A DNA stretch of 35,456 nucleotides from a virus: positions 1-35,456 of IMG/VR virus record IMGVR_UViG_3300045988_035653; one strand, 5' to 3'. The notes under the pieces were generated by a model that ran no database searches, was not told the origin of the DNA, and saw nothing but the letters and a program-made list of their open reading frames with translations. A program made the translations under genes and the position numbers. Below, piece by piece: positions 24,697 through 34,374 of this stretch. How positions within the stretch are numbered: position 1 is the first letter of the stretch; each line of letters opens with the position of its first letter.

Positions 24697-25653
24697 TTAA
24701 ACACCTGCTGCGGTGCACAATTTCATATATCCCGGAACTGCTAGCATTGCATCTGCTGCAAAAACTGTAGTACTGTAATACTTACGGTCTTTAGCGTCAC
24801 GGATGAACGGATCAATAGTCAGACTTGCATCTTCCAAAGCCAATTGAATGTTAGTTTTTGGTGAGAAAGCAATGAAGGACTGAACTGTCAAGGCGTCACC
24901 CTTGGCACTGTTAGACACGTGTCTCAACTCGTTCAACTTGTAACCTTCGAAGTAGTACGCCGGTTTGCCATCCTCAAAATTAGCCTGTGCCAAATGGTTA
25001 TCTTTAGCTTCTACCAAGTCCTTGTAAGCGCGCATAATGTTACTAGATACATAGAACTCTGATTCGTCCAATTGGTCCGGGCGTTGGTTGTCGATACACC
25101 ATTTCAGACACTCCAAAACGTTTGCGCCTGCGCCTGATGGAACAAGAGCCTTAATTGATTCGGTTGATGCCTGCATCTGCTTGATGATACCGCCGTTTTT
25201 AAACACCGTGTACACACCCGCTGTATCACTTGTTTTCAGACCGTCCAACCATACGAGACGTAGCATATCAGCCTCAAGAACTTTCAAAATTTCGTTCTGC
25301 ATGAACGCTGCCAACTGTGTTTGATCGAAATCAGCCGAAAGGTGAACGCCCTTTGCAACCATTTTGCCCCACAAGTCTTGCAGACAAACCACGATAGGCA
25401 ACTCAATCTGTGCGTGATCGTAGTATTTAACGCTATCGTTAAGAGAGCTATACTTGTATTCGCTATCACAACCCGCTGAACGTCTTACCGCTTTGTCTGT
25501 CGCGGTGAATGTCAAGATAGGCTTGCCCTTTTCAATACCCGCCAACACTGTTACGCCGTTGGACAATTCGCCTTCCAGCCCCAGCGTCAAGGAAATAACA
25601 TCGGCCAGACTGTCGATATTCAATTTGTTTAAATCGCTAAATGTAAATGCCAT
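24697..25653 (-). CDS. Putative major capsid protein, 318 aa
   Basis: Position directly after the protease/scaffold gene, size and composition typical of HK97-fold capsids. No motif-level proof. Confidence 0.6.
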   Translation of the reverse strand: MAFTFSDLNKLNIDSLADVISLTLGLEGELSNGVTVLAGIEKGKPILTFTATDKAVRRSAGCDSEYKYSSLNDSVKYYDHAQIELPIVVCLQDLWGKMVAKGVHLSADFDQTQLAAFMQNEILKVLEADMLRLVWLDGLKTSDTAGVYTVFKNGGIIKQMQASTESIKALVPSGAGANVLECLKWCIDNQRPDQLDESEFYVSSNIMRAYKDLVEAKDNHLAQANFEDGKPAYYFEGYKLNELRHVSNSAKGDALTVQSFIAFSPKTNIQLALEDASLTIDPFIRDAKDRKYYSTTVFAADAMLAVPGYMKLCTAAGV

Positions 25654-25673
25654 AATTTTAATGTTTTAGTAGA

Positions 25674-26702
25674 TTAATATTTGAATTTTTTACGCATTTC
25701 TGCCGCGGCCTTCTGAACCTCTTCGCGGCTCAATTTTGTTTCGGTCTTGATTTCGGTCTTAAGCTCGGTTTTTGCTGCTGCGGGTGCGCCTGTACGCTTG
25801 TTTAGTTGCGTTTTGAGGTCAGACACGGTTTTCTTCAACTCGGTAACCTCTTTGCGGATCGCTGCAAGTTCTTCCGGGGTAGGGGTTTTCTTTTTGTCCT
25901 CGCCTTCCTCTTCCGGCTTTTCTTCCTCGGTTGCTAACTCTTCCGGCTTTTCTTCCTCGGGCTTAGCTTCGCTTTCCACTTCTTTAACGTCGGAAATCTT
26001 TCCGGCTACGACTGATATGATCATGTCCTCGCCTTCACCAATCGAAATGTAATAATCGCCGTCCTCTACGGGTTTACCCTCGGCGTCCTGTACTTCGTCA
26101 CCTAGAGCCGCCTGCTCGCCCTGCGCGATAATAACAAGCTCTTTTCCTTCTTTGGTTGTGACGGTTTCCCTAGCCAGCTTAGTAGACTTAACCAGCTCGG
26201 CTAATTTTGTCCAAAATTTACTCATTGATAATTTGTTTAAATTGTTATTAAATAAAGAACTAGTAGCCGCGGGAAGTCCCACCAAATCGGCACTAAATAA
26301 TTCTCTTACTTCCGTTACGGTTGCGGTTTGCGATTCTTCGTCCAACTGTTTAACATCAGACTGATTAACCGATACACCTAGTAGCTCCGGCTCCTTCTCG
26401 ATCATGGCGACCATAAAATTATATTCGCTAGGATACGCACTTTCCAAAGCTTCCGACATAATTAGGTCGGCATAAACGGCATTTTCGTCGTGCGTGAAGT
26501 TAGCGAAATGTCCTATGTACCCGTCTAGCAAGTCCGTACCGTTGTGCGTACGACGTGCGTGAATAGGCCGGGAATTACCTAAAGCCACTAGAGACGGGAA
26601 AGCACTAGCAGAGATGACTAATTTATAAGCCTTTCCCCCTTCTTCATAGTAGTTTGCGGTTTCCCCGGCTTCTATAATGCGTAATTTTTCAAATATTTTC
26701 AT
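25674..26702 (-). CDS. Putative prohead protease fused to an acidic coiled-coil scaffold region, 342 aa
   Basis: N-terminal IHARRTHNG...GYIGHF...LLGVSVNQ resembles the S78/U35 His/Ser layout; C-terminal EEKPEE-rich coiled coil. Confidence 0.5.
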   Translation of the reverse strand: MKIFEKLRIIEAGETANYYEEGGKAYKLVISASAFPSLVALGNSRPIHARRTHNGTDLLDGYIGHFANFTHDENAVYADLIMSEALESAYPSEYNFMVAMIEKEPELLGVSVNQSDVKQLDEESQTATVTEVRELFSADLVGLPAATSSLFNNNLNKLSMSKFWTKLAELVKSTKLARETVTTKEGKELVIIAQGEQAALGDEVQDAEGKPVEDGDYYISIGEGEDMIISVVAGKISDVKEVESEAKPEEEKPEELATEEEKPEEEGEDKKKTPTPEELAAIRKEVTELKKTVSDLKTQLNKRTGAPAAAKTELKTEIKTETKLSREEVQKAAAEMRKKFKY

Positions 26703-26722
26703 ATATTACTGTATTATTGGTA

Positions 26723-26749
26723 CAAAGATATATTATTTAACGGCACAAA
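26723..26749 (-). promoter_or_regulatory. Candidate internal late promoter (-7 TATCTTTG) ahead of the head genes
   Basis: TATCTTTG lies 21 nt upstream of the ATG at 26702; the nearest TTTG has only a 15-nt spacer. Confidence 0.45.
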
Positions 26750-26760
26750 GCCGCGGCTTT
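26747..26760. other. Perfect 14-bp palindrome AAAGCCGCGGCTTT after the tape-measure stop
   Basis: Read directly; shares AAAGCCGCG with the 15932-15963 hairpin; weak hairpin or protein binding site. Confidence 0.4.
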
Positions 26761-26769
26761 ACCTATGAT

Positions 26770-29283
26770 TTATAGGCTAGCCGCTACCTGTACACTATTA
26801 TATTGTTGTTGACCCTCGTCTATGTCGGTAACTGCCACCTGTGGAGCGGGGACGCTAGCCACTGAATCGTACATAATTGCCGCTAATTTCCGCAAACTAT
26901 CGTTTGACAGGCTGAAATTACTAGGTAACTGCATACTTGCACCGCCGCCTACGTCGATCTTCCCACCGTTTGCGTACCGGTACACACCCGAAGAACCGAA
27001 CGAGCGCCCTCCGTACTCCATGTTAAGGGCTGATAACGCGTTGATCGCGCCGGACGCTTTCCGGTTCAAAATATACACATTCTCTCCGCCCTCGGCCTCG
27101 AATTGTTGCCCGTTTGATCCGGTGAACGTTACGCCGCCCGCCGCATGGCTAGCTCCGTAAATCTGTCCGCCCTTCGCATATTTCCGCACACTTGTATTGA
27201 TCTTAGTGTCCGGCTCTTTAGTCTTGTTGATGCTCATAACGTTCTTCATACCCGCCGCCACTACGATAGCCGCCTGCGCGATACCCCAGATGCCGCCCTG
27301 CGCCAAAGCTTTAGACGCACCTAGATAAGTATTGATAAGCGCCTGCGCCGTGGCAAATGCTTTGCCCGCTGCGCTCTCTTCGCCCAGTAAGCTAGAGAGT
27401 TGTCCGGCTGTGCCCGCCGCCATCTCTAATTGCGCGTTATAGTATTTGCGTCTTACCTCGTCCTTCATGAGTTCGAAACGCTCGGTTATGGCGGTTGTTT
27501 CCGCTCCGATATTTTCCGCGTTCGCGATCTCTAGAGCCTTCATAGCGTCCAACCGGGTTATTTGGTTGTCTAGGTCGTTTTGCAGCTTTATGTCCGCTAA
27601 TGCGCGTTCATTCTCTAAGTTTAGAGCGTCCGCGGCTTTCTTCTCTTCTACCCTCCGATCTGCGTCGGCTTTAACTTCCGTCTCGAATTGCAGATTCAGA
27701 GCGCGAACGTTATTCAGGTATTCCTGTTCAGTTATGAGCTTTTGATCTCTCTTAAACTTTTCCAATGCGATCTGCTCGTTAATCACATGTTGCGTCTCCT
27801 CTATCGAAGTTTTACCCGTCCGTAATTGGTTCTCGGCTATCTCTAGCTCCATCTTCTTGACACTCTGTTCGTACGCCTTGATCGTTTCCTCTTGCGCCTT
27901 CTTGAGTACTTCGGCTTGCTTCTTTACTGCTTCGGCTTCTGCTTTTGTCGCTGCCTCTGCCGCCTTTTTCTTTTTCTCCGCCGCTGCCTTAGCGCCTGCT
28001 ACCTGTTTGTCCCGTTCTGATTTTTCGAGGCCCGTCATTTGCCCGATTAGTTCTTTCTCCTGCGTGGCATAACTCGCTTTCGCGGCTTCCAGTGCCGCGA
28101 GGGCTTCCTGTTCTTTCCGGTAGTCCTCATCGCTTGTATAGCCTAATTGGTTCTCGGCTTTGATCTGCTTGTATTTGGAGTTAAGTACCGCCAGCTCCAA
28201 ATCACGTATGATATGCAATTTCTCTGCGGCCTCCTTTAGCAGTTCCGTTCTCTCCGCGGTGGTCTTGTTCTGATCCGCCGCCAAAGTCTTAAGTTCCGCT
28301 AGTTCCCTCTTCATTCGTGCCATTGGGACAAGCGCCTTAGTTTCCTCCTGATAAATACGCTGTGTTTCGCCCGCCAGCCGTGCGCCTTCATCTGCCGCCC
28401 GCTTCGTCTCTTCACTGATTAGTCCCAGTTTATCCAATAGCCATGTAACGGCTTTAGCAATGTTCTCAAGCACGAACGCCACGCCCTTGAATAGATCGGT
28501 TATCCAGTCCAACAACCGCCCGAGAATGACCTTAAAAGGGGCAAACGCCGCTTGCAGGCTAGTCGCTAACTCGCTGTTACGCTTCATCAGCTTCTCGATA
28601 ATCCCGATAAGAGTTAACACGATAGACACGACAAAAATAATAGGGTTCGCCTTTAACGCCGCGTTGAACGCCTGCACCCCGGTGATGCCGCTTTTCATCT
28701 GTCCCACCAGCGCACCAGTGCCTCCGGTTAACCCTTGAGTTTGCAATATGCCGTCCTTGACGCTCTCCGCGTAATTACCGACGTTACGGCGGTTGTCGCC
28801 TACCGCCTTTTCCATTTCCTTCAGCTTGTCCGATAACGCCTTGGTCTGCTCGGTTAGGTCTTGTCCTTCCTTACTGGTAGTCCGTTGCGCCTCGCTCATC
28901 TTGTTCAGCTCCGTGGTGTTTTGCGCCAACTGTGCACGCAAAGCGTTAACGCTCGTAGCCTCATTGTCTAATAGCGTTTTGGTGCTTTTGATCTCGGCGT
29001 TATTCTTTTTGTTCGCCTCGGTATTGTCTAGGATAGCCTTTTGCGTCTCAATCAGAGACTTGTTCAGCTTCTTAACAGTCGCGTCGTACTTGTCTTGTTG
29101 CACAAGCCCGTCCGCGTAGTTCTGGTTTAGCGCGTCCAGCTCCTTCTTCTCGGAGGCGTACGCCGCTTGCAAATCCTTTTTAGTCTTTGCAAGGGACATA
29201 CTCTTAGCTATTAACGCATCCAGCCCCTTTTCGGCTTCTGACGTGCCGAAATTAAGGTCTAATAATGTTACTTGATCCGCCAT
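26770..29283 (-). CDS. Tape measure protein, 837 aa
   Basis: Long coiled-coil (Ala/Lys/Glu/Gln-rich) with central hydrophobic segments PIIFVVSIVLTLIGII and a Gly-rich C-terminus. Confidence 0.8.
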   Translation of the reverse strand: MADQVTLLDLNFGTSEAEKGLDALIAKSMSLAKTKKDLQAAYASEKKELDALNQNYADGLVQQDKYDATVKKLNKSLIETQKAILDNTEANKKNNAEIKSTKTLLDNEATSVNALRAQLAQNTTELNKMSEAQRTTSKEGQDLTEQTKALSDKLKEMEKAVGDNRRNVGNYAESVKDGILQTQGLTGGTGALVGQMKSGITGVQAFNAALKANPIIFVVSIVLTLIGIIEKLMKRNSELATSLQAAFAPFKVILGRLLDWITDLFKGVAFVLENIAKAVTWLLDKLGLISEETKRAADEGARLAGETQRIYQEETKALVPMARMKRELAELKTLAADQNKTTAERTELLKEAAEKLHIIRDLELAVLNSKYKQIKAENQLGYTSDEDYRKEQEALAALEAAKASYATQEKELIGQMTGLEKSERDKQVAGAKAAAEKKKKAAEAATKAEAEAVKKQAEVLKKAQEETIKAYEQSVKKMELEIAENQLRTGKTSIEETQHVINEQIALEKFKRDQKLITEQEYLNNVRALNLQFETEVKADADRRVEEKKAADALNLENERALADIKLQNDLDNQITRLDAMKALEIANAENIGAETTAITERFELMKDEVRRKYYNAQLEMAAGTAGQLSSLLGEESAAGKAFATAQALINTYLGASKALAQGGIWGIAQAAIVVAAGMKNVMSINKTKEPDTKINTSVRKYAKGGQIYGASHAAGGVTFTGSNGQQFEAEGGENVYILNRKASGAINALSALNMEYGGRSFGSSGVYRYANGGKIDVGGGASMQLPSNFSLSNDSLRKLAAIMYDSVASVPAPQVAVTDIDEGQQQYNSVQVAASL

Positions 29284-29289
29284 ATTAAT

Positions 29290-31035
29290 TTACTTTAAAT
29301 CCATTTTGTACAAAGATAGCTTACAATTCCCGGTTGCTACGTCATATTCGCCTAGAGATTTGATGTAGAAGTAGCTGTTTAGCTGCGAAAAGTAGTATGC
29401 ATCCCCCAATCGTAGGTTTTCAACGTCCGCGTATTCTAGTTGCGCTTTGATTTTAACCTGCACGCGGGACCGGAACATACGGAAATGTCTGTTTATATAC
29501 GGGTAATAGATGCTTTTTACAAACGTATAATAGTAGCTATAATTGTTAGGTTTGGCGAACGCTGCGGTTAGCCCCATGATCGGGAATACCCGGTTATTAT
29601 ATGAGAACTTAACAGATGATTTGTAAGCGTCCTTAACGGGTGTTACCGTTCCCAGGCCGTTGGAGTAACTGAATTTTTCCGAACCGATCGTACAAACGTA
29701 TTGGTCCGCGAATTCGTCAGGAACGTCTACGGTTTCAACGCTACGTAGTTTGTCACTCCAATCGTGTACACGTGCCCATGCCATCGATGTACCGTCCCGT
29801 AGGTCTGCATCTACTATCGGCTCGATACGTAACGTACCGTTGCGGTAAATCTTCCTCCAATGCCATGCCGTGCACATGTCGTCCACTATGTTTTTTACGT
29901 CCGTGTACGGAAAATCGATGGCTACATTAGCGACTGAATCGTATTGCGGCTTGATGGCCGCATCAAACACCGCCTGCCCCGCTCCGCATCTTATCAGCTC
30001 CTCCGGGTCGTAGCCGTCCGGGAATCTGAAATAGTCCGTACGGGTTACGCCTCCGATAGTCGCCGCCAGTTGCATATAGGCATCCTGTTTAGGATAAACC
30101 GTCATTTGCGCATTATTCTCCGTAACGTAAATCCAGATGCGGTCGGTTATGCTCCCGTAGTAAGACATTGACCGCCCTACCCCCGATACTGCACCACGTA
30201 ACTGAATAGTAGGCTTGGTAGTCGGTATTGTGTCCCCCTTGTATTCTACGATCATTTGGAACTGCTGGTTCTCTCCTGCCGATATAAGGAATCCCGCGGG
30301 GCTTCCCCCCGTACGGTTGCCAAAGTACGAAGCGTACATGTAAATTTGTGAGTTATCCAGCACAACCGCCGCGGTGTTCGGATACTTATACCCCCCGCGT
30401 CCCTTGGTGCTGCCTTTAGGTAGAAACTTCACCGTTCCCGTCGCTACGTTGTCCTGCCATGTGATATTACCGCGTGCGCAAACCATGGTAGGCGCTAATA
30501 CGGCTGCGTCTTCCGGTTGAGGAAGCAAGCCGCCTGGGTTGTAAAACGGGTTGATCGGTGGAAACGTTATTTGCGGAAAGTCCACGTACTCACGGACTAT
30601 CTTTGCAAGGTTGGCGGCGCTTAAGTTTATACCGCCGTCCTTCACTAGGCTAAAATCGGGTAATGTCGATATAGGCTTGCTCACGTCTGACCACTTGTCC
30701 GTACTCTCTATCAAGTTTATAGTATACTCCGTTTCAGTCGCCGACACCTTCGCGTAAAACTGTGTAGGCTCGTCGGACACATAAGCGTAATACTTGAACG
30801 GTATAGACGATACCAGAACCTCGGCTACGTAATACTCACAGTTAAGCAAGCCTTTGTTCAGCCCTATAAATGTCCGGTCATTGTCCGGCGTTCTCGGCAC
30901 TTTTATCGACGCGCTGAACGCGACACTGTCCCCGGTCATAGTAACCGGGGAAATGTTGTTTAATGTGATTTTGACCGTTGCGTTATCTAAACCGTCTATG
31001 TCGTAACCGTTAACTCTTAATGATACTATTTTCAT
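29290..31035 (-). CDS. Tail protein, distal-tail-protein-like N-terminus, 581 aa
   Basis: MKIVSLRVNGYDIDGLDNATVKITL... resembles siphovirus Dit N-termini. By-eye call only. Confidence 0.45.
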   Translation of the reverse strand: MKIVSLRVNGYDIDGLDNATVKITLNNISPVTMTGDSVAFSASIKVPRTPDNDRTFIGLNKGLLNCEYYVAEVLVSSIPFKYYAYVSDEPTQFYAKVSATETEYTINLIESTDKWSDVSKPISTLPDFSLVKDGGINLSAANLAKIVREYVDFPQITFPPINPFYNPGGLLPQPEDAAVLAPTMVCARGNITWQDNVATGTVKFLPKGSTKGRGGYKYPNTAAVVLDNSQIYMYASYFGNRTGGSPAGFLISAGENQQFQMIVEYKGDTIPTTKPTIQLRGAVSGVGRSMSYYGSITDRIWIYVTENNAQMTVYPKQDAYMQLAATIGGVTRTDYFRFPDGYDPEELIRCGAGQAVFDAAIKPQYDSVANVAIDFPYTDVKNIVDDMCTAWHWRKIYRNGTLRIEPIVDADLRDGTSMAWARVHDWSDKLRSVETVDVPDEFADQYVCTIGSEKFSYSNGLGTVTPVKDAYKSSVKFSYNNRVFPIMGLTAAFAKPNNYSYYYTFVKSIYYPYINRHFRMFRSRVQVKIKAQLEYADVENLRLGDAYYFSQLNSYFYIKSLGEYDVATGNCKLSLYKMDLK

Positions 31036-31036
31036 C

Positions 31037-33529
31037 TTATCCCTCCTGTGTGATTAAACAAATCGCGATCTCGTTTGTAACTGTATTTTTGATTCTTAGC
31101 TCCCCTGTCCGTGCTGCTCCCGGGTTCGGTGTATCGTATTTAACACCTATGGCAGTTTGTCCGGGCTCTCCTAATGCAGGCGTAACGGATACCCAGCTAG
31201 GCGCGCTACCCATAGTCCAACCATTTTCAGATGTTGCCACCGCAGGCACAATAGATCCCGTCCCGGCTTTAGGGCCTGAAATACGTAACGGGGTTATGCC
31301 GATTGAAGTGGGCGTGCCCGTTTGGTTAACGGTAACTACCGCTATCTCCTCGGTTAAGTCATTATAGAACGTTATTGTTCCGGTTCTCGCGTCGTTACTC
31401 GTGTTGTCTGCGATCGTTAACGTTACGGCGGTTGTTCCGTTGGCTCCTGTAGATACGCTTCGGGCGATCCACGTATCACGCTGCGCCACAACCCAGCTGC
31501 CAACTGATGTAACGTCCACAGTTACCGGGTGTGTTAGATAGTCTACGTTAAACGTACTGGGGCTGGTGGATATATTACCCGAAATCCCGGCCTGCGTTAC
31601 GCTGAAACTATTTTGAACCGACGGATTCACAGTGCTACGGTATGTTATATTCGCTGATCTCGGCGCTCCGGTATTTGCTTGTAAATTAAAATTACAATTA
31701 ATGGCATACCCGGCATCACCTGTTAAATTTATAGGAACTGCCCATGTAGGATACTCCACACATCGCCAAGACGTATCAGAATTCATTTGTCTTAATAGAA
31801 TCGACGGATTTGCTCCTGCTGAAACTATAGTAGGTTCCGGGTTAAATACTATACTAGCCTTCGATTGGTTTATTGATACGTTGTACGTAGCCGACCCCGC
31901 CAAACTCTTCAGGACTATGTTGCCCGTTCTAGCCTCGCCAGGGTTGGCGGCTACCGTCGCGGTGAGATTAGACGTACCCGCAGTACCATTGAACCTATTA
32001 ACAGACACACCGATTTGCGCGGTTGTCGCGTCCGATGGTGCAATATCCGACAACGGAGCTTTTTGCATTCTAAAAATAGCATAGACCGCCCCGGGTATAT
32101 TTACGGTTTTAGTTTGGTCTGCCCCCGATACTAGATTATTCCCTGCAATAAGTTTCATATCAGCGTCGAAAGCATACATAATTACATTGTATCCGGGGAC
32201 AAATGCCTTTATAAATACTGGTTTACCATAAACGGGCACGGGGTTTTTTGATCTTATATAACTGTTAGACGCAAATTTCGTGTCCTCGTATGGTGTACCA
32301 ACCGCGCCCGCTAGCCCGCCTTGCTCGAAATCGTCCGCTGTTAATGTAACCGCTTCCCCCGCCGATAACCATGCCGGTGTGCTCTGTACTTCCCATGCCG
32401 CGTTACTGTATATGCTGTTAACCAGTCCTTCCGCATACGCCGCGCCGACCGTCCACGGGTTTTTCTGCGCGCTAAACGCGATAGACGGTGTAGGCGGTTG
32501 GTCCGGTGCTAACGGGAACATGTAGTTATCCTGTAGTTCCGTGGTCTTGAACCGTACCTGCTGCCTGTACGTCTTAGTACTGTTTGACCAGCGTGCCCCT
32601 GTGTCGCCCGAAACTTCCGCCTTGAAGCGTTTAGACTGGTATTGGTTTATACCCGGTATGTTCAACTCGAACACGACATTAGACGATACCAACAACTCTT
32701 GGTACACGTTATACCACTCTTCGCCGTACTCTAGATTTATAGTTAGCTCCGCTTGTTCTGTGACACCGCCGCGCCCTCTGATAGGGGTGAACTTGTTAGA
32801 CCAAAAGTAGTCCTTAAATGCAGCCCAAAACCACTGACCATTGCGCATGTTCCATCTAGCGCGCAAAGCGCATTGAAGCCCGGTATCGTAAACAACGTCA
32901 GACATTAGACGATCTTCATAGTTAATCACCTGATCCAGTCCGGACCCCCAAACGTTTTTAATAGTAAGCTTTTTGATATACGTTATATCGATAGTGTTCC
33001 CCAGTACATAGGTAGTAGGGAAGATCGCCGAACCAGGCGCGCCCGTTACGGGTTCAACCTCAACGGAAAGCGCATCAGACGGGTGTATAGAGTACGGGAA
33101 GTAGATGTCCAGCTTCTGACCCGGTATGCGCGGTTTGGGCGGTTGCGGAAGCGCGCCATCAACGCCTAGCGTGTCCCAATACGTTTCGTCACAATGGAAT
33201 ACGGGTATGATGGTCCTAGTCGCTATATCAGTACTCCAAAACTCGATTAGCTGCTGGGGAAACCACGGTGTACCCTCTGACTCGTTACGGTCGGCGCGCC
33301 TAATTAACGGAGCGGCAAATGACAGGTCTACGTCTACGCCGTATTGTTGGTATGGCAAAGATATTGTTTTTCGGATCGCACCACCTTCCCGTACGATTAT
33401 ATTTACGGGCTCGTTGGTTCCCGTTGTCACCCTCGCCATTAGCGGGCGGGTAGCCCACACGGGTAATTGCCCGTCATAGGTTTGGCCGTCGGTTAGTGTT
33501 ACATCTGCTATCGGTATGTATATATTCAT
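31037..33529 (-). CDS. Tail/baseplate protein with C-terminal array of four BACON-like Ig domains, 830 aa
   Basis: Four repeats of W..........W.......G......(N).....(A)R(T/S)(G/A).I.......V.Q.G, ending VSINQS, FSVTQAG, VTVNQTG, CLITQEG. Confidence 0.75.
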   Translation of the reverse strand: MNIYIPIADVTLTDGQTYDGQLPVWATRPLMARVTTGTNEPVNIIVREGGAIRKTISLPYQQYGVDVDLSFAAPLIRRADRNESEGTPWFPQQLIEFWSTDIATRTIIPVFHCDETYWDTLGVDGALPQPPKPRIPGQKLDIYFPYSIHPSDALSVEVEPVTGAPGSAIFPTTYVLGNTIDITYIKKLTIKNVWGSGLDQVINYEDRLMSDVVYDTGLQCALRARWNMRNGQWFWAAFKDYFWSNKFTPIRGRGGVTEQAELTINLEYGEEWYNVYQELLVSSNVVFELNIPGINQYQSKRFKAEVSGDTGARWSNSTKTYRQQVRFKTTELQDNYMFPLAPDQPPTPSIAFSAQKNPWTVGAAYAEGLVNSIYSNAAWEVQSTPAWLSAGEAVTLTADDFEQGGLAGAVGTPYEDTKFASNSYIRSKNPVPVYGKPVFIKAFVPGYNVIMYAFDADMKLIAGNNLVSGADQTKTVNIPGAVYAIFRMQKAPLSDIAPSDATTAQIGVSVNRFNGTAGTSNLTATVAANPGEARTGNIVLKSLAGSATYNVSINQSKASIVFNPEPTIVSAGANPSILLRQMNSDTSWRCVEYPTWAVPINLTGDAGYAINCNFNLQANTGAPRSANITYRSTVNPSVQNSFSVTQAGISGNISTSPSTFNVDYLTHPVTVDVTSVGSWVVAQRDTWIARSVSTGANGTTAVTLTIADNTSNDARTGTITFYNDLTEEIAVVTVNQTGTPTSIGITPLRISGPKAGTGSIVPAVATSENGWTMGSAPSWVSVTPALGEPGQTAIGVKYDTPNPGAARTGELRIKNTVTNEIAICLITQEG

Positions 33530-33976
33530 CTATTTAATATTTAAAGTGTCAATAATAGCATATTTAATTATAGTTACTATCTCGTTTTGCAACTTCAAGA
33601 CCCTTGCAGGGTTGAGTACGTCCGATACTACCCCGCCGGGGTTGTGACTGTTCGGTACCTTGATCCCGGACTCGCCGATAGCCTTCGCGATCGGATAAGC
33701 CGCGCTTAACGGTATGTTCGCGCCTTGCTTGTTCTTGTCCTCGATCCATTTGCGTATGATCCACAACGGCGGACGTTTGCCCGCAATGCGTCCACCTTCC
33801 ATAGCGCCCACATAACGCGGTGCGGTTATCTTAGCGTTATTGCCGCTTACAACCAACTTAAGCTCCTTGGCAAAGTTACCGGATGCCATAAGCCCTTTAG
33901 CCTTGTACGAGGCTTCTATGTCGTCCCGTAGCTTAGTTAGTATGACTTCTATTTCCAACATCGCGTTACGTGCCAT
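33530..33976 (-). CDS. Hypothetical virion protein, 148 aa
   Basis: ATG-initiated, abuts its neighbours with no gap. Confidence 0.7.
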   Translation of the reverse strand: MARNAMLEIEVILTKLRDDIEASYKAKGLMASGNFAKELKLVVSGNNAKITAPRYVGAMEGGRIAGKRPPLWIIRKWIEDKNKQGANIPLSAAYPIAKAIGESGIKVPNSHNPGGVVSDVLNPARVLKLQNEIVTIIKYAIIDTLNIK

Positions 33977-34374
33977 TATTCAGATAGATTAAGTGTTATC
34001 TCCCATCCTGATTTGGGACTGTCATAAATGTTTTGACGTTTAACCACTGCCGCGCCCTCGGACTCATAGAGGCAAACCGCCTTCTTCGCTATGTCTGTAA
34101 TAACGGTGAACGTCCGATCTAGTACGTCGATCTCGGACGAGCTGTCACTTTCGTAGTGCGAAGTCCCCAGCACCTGTATAAGCACGGTGATCGAGAACGC
34201 CTCGGCGGAGTAGTCGTTATAGTCCTGCCTTCCTCCGGGCACATCAACAAAGATAAAATCACCCGTTATATCGTTTGCCAGTCGATTACGTGTAGATTCA
34301 TCTCCGAAGAATACGGGAAGCGCGTGTTGCGCCCCCCATGTTCCAACCTGATCTAGTATCCCTTTAAAAGTCAT
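33976..34374 (-). CDS. Hypothetical virion protein, 132 aa
   Basis: ATG-initiated; overlaps the fibre gene end by 11 nt. Confidence 0.7.
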   Translation of the reverse strand: MTFKGILDQVGTWGAQHALPVFFGDESTRNRLANDITGDFIFVDVPGGRQDYNDYSAEAFSITVLIQVLGTSHYESDSSSEIDVLDRTFTVITDIAKKAVCLYESEGAAVVKRQNIYDSPKSGWEITLNLSE

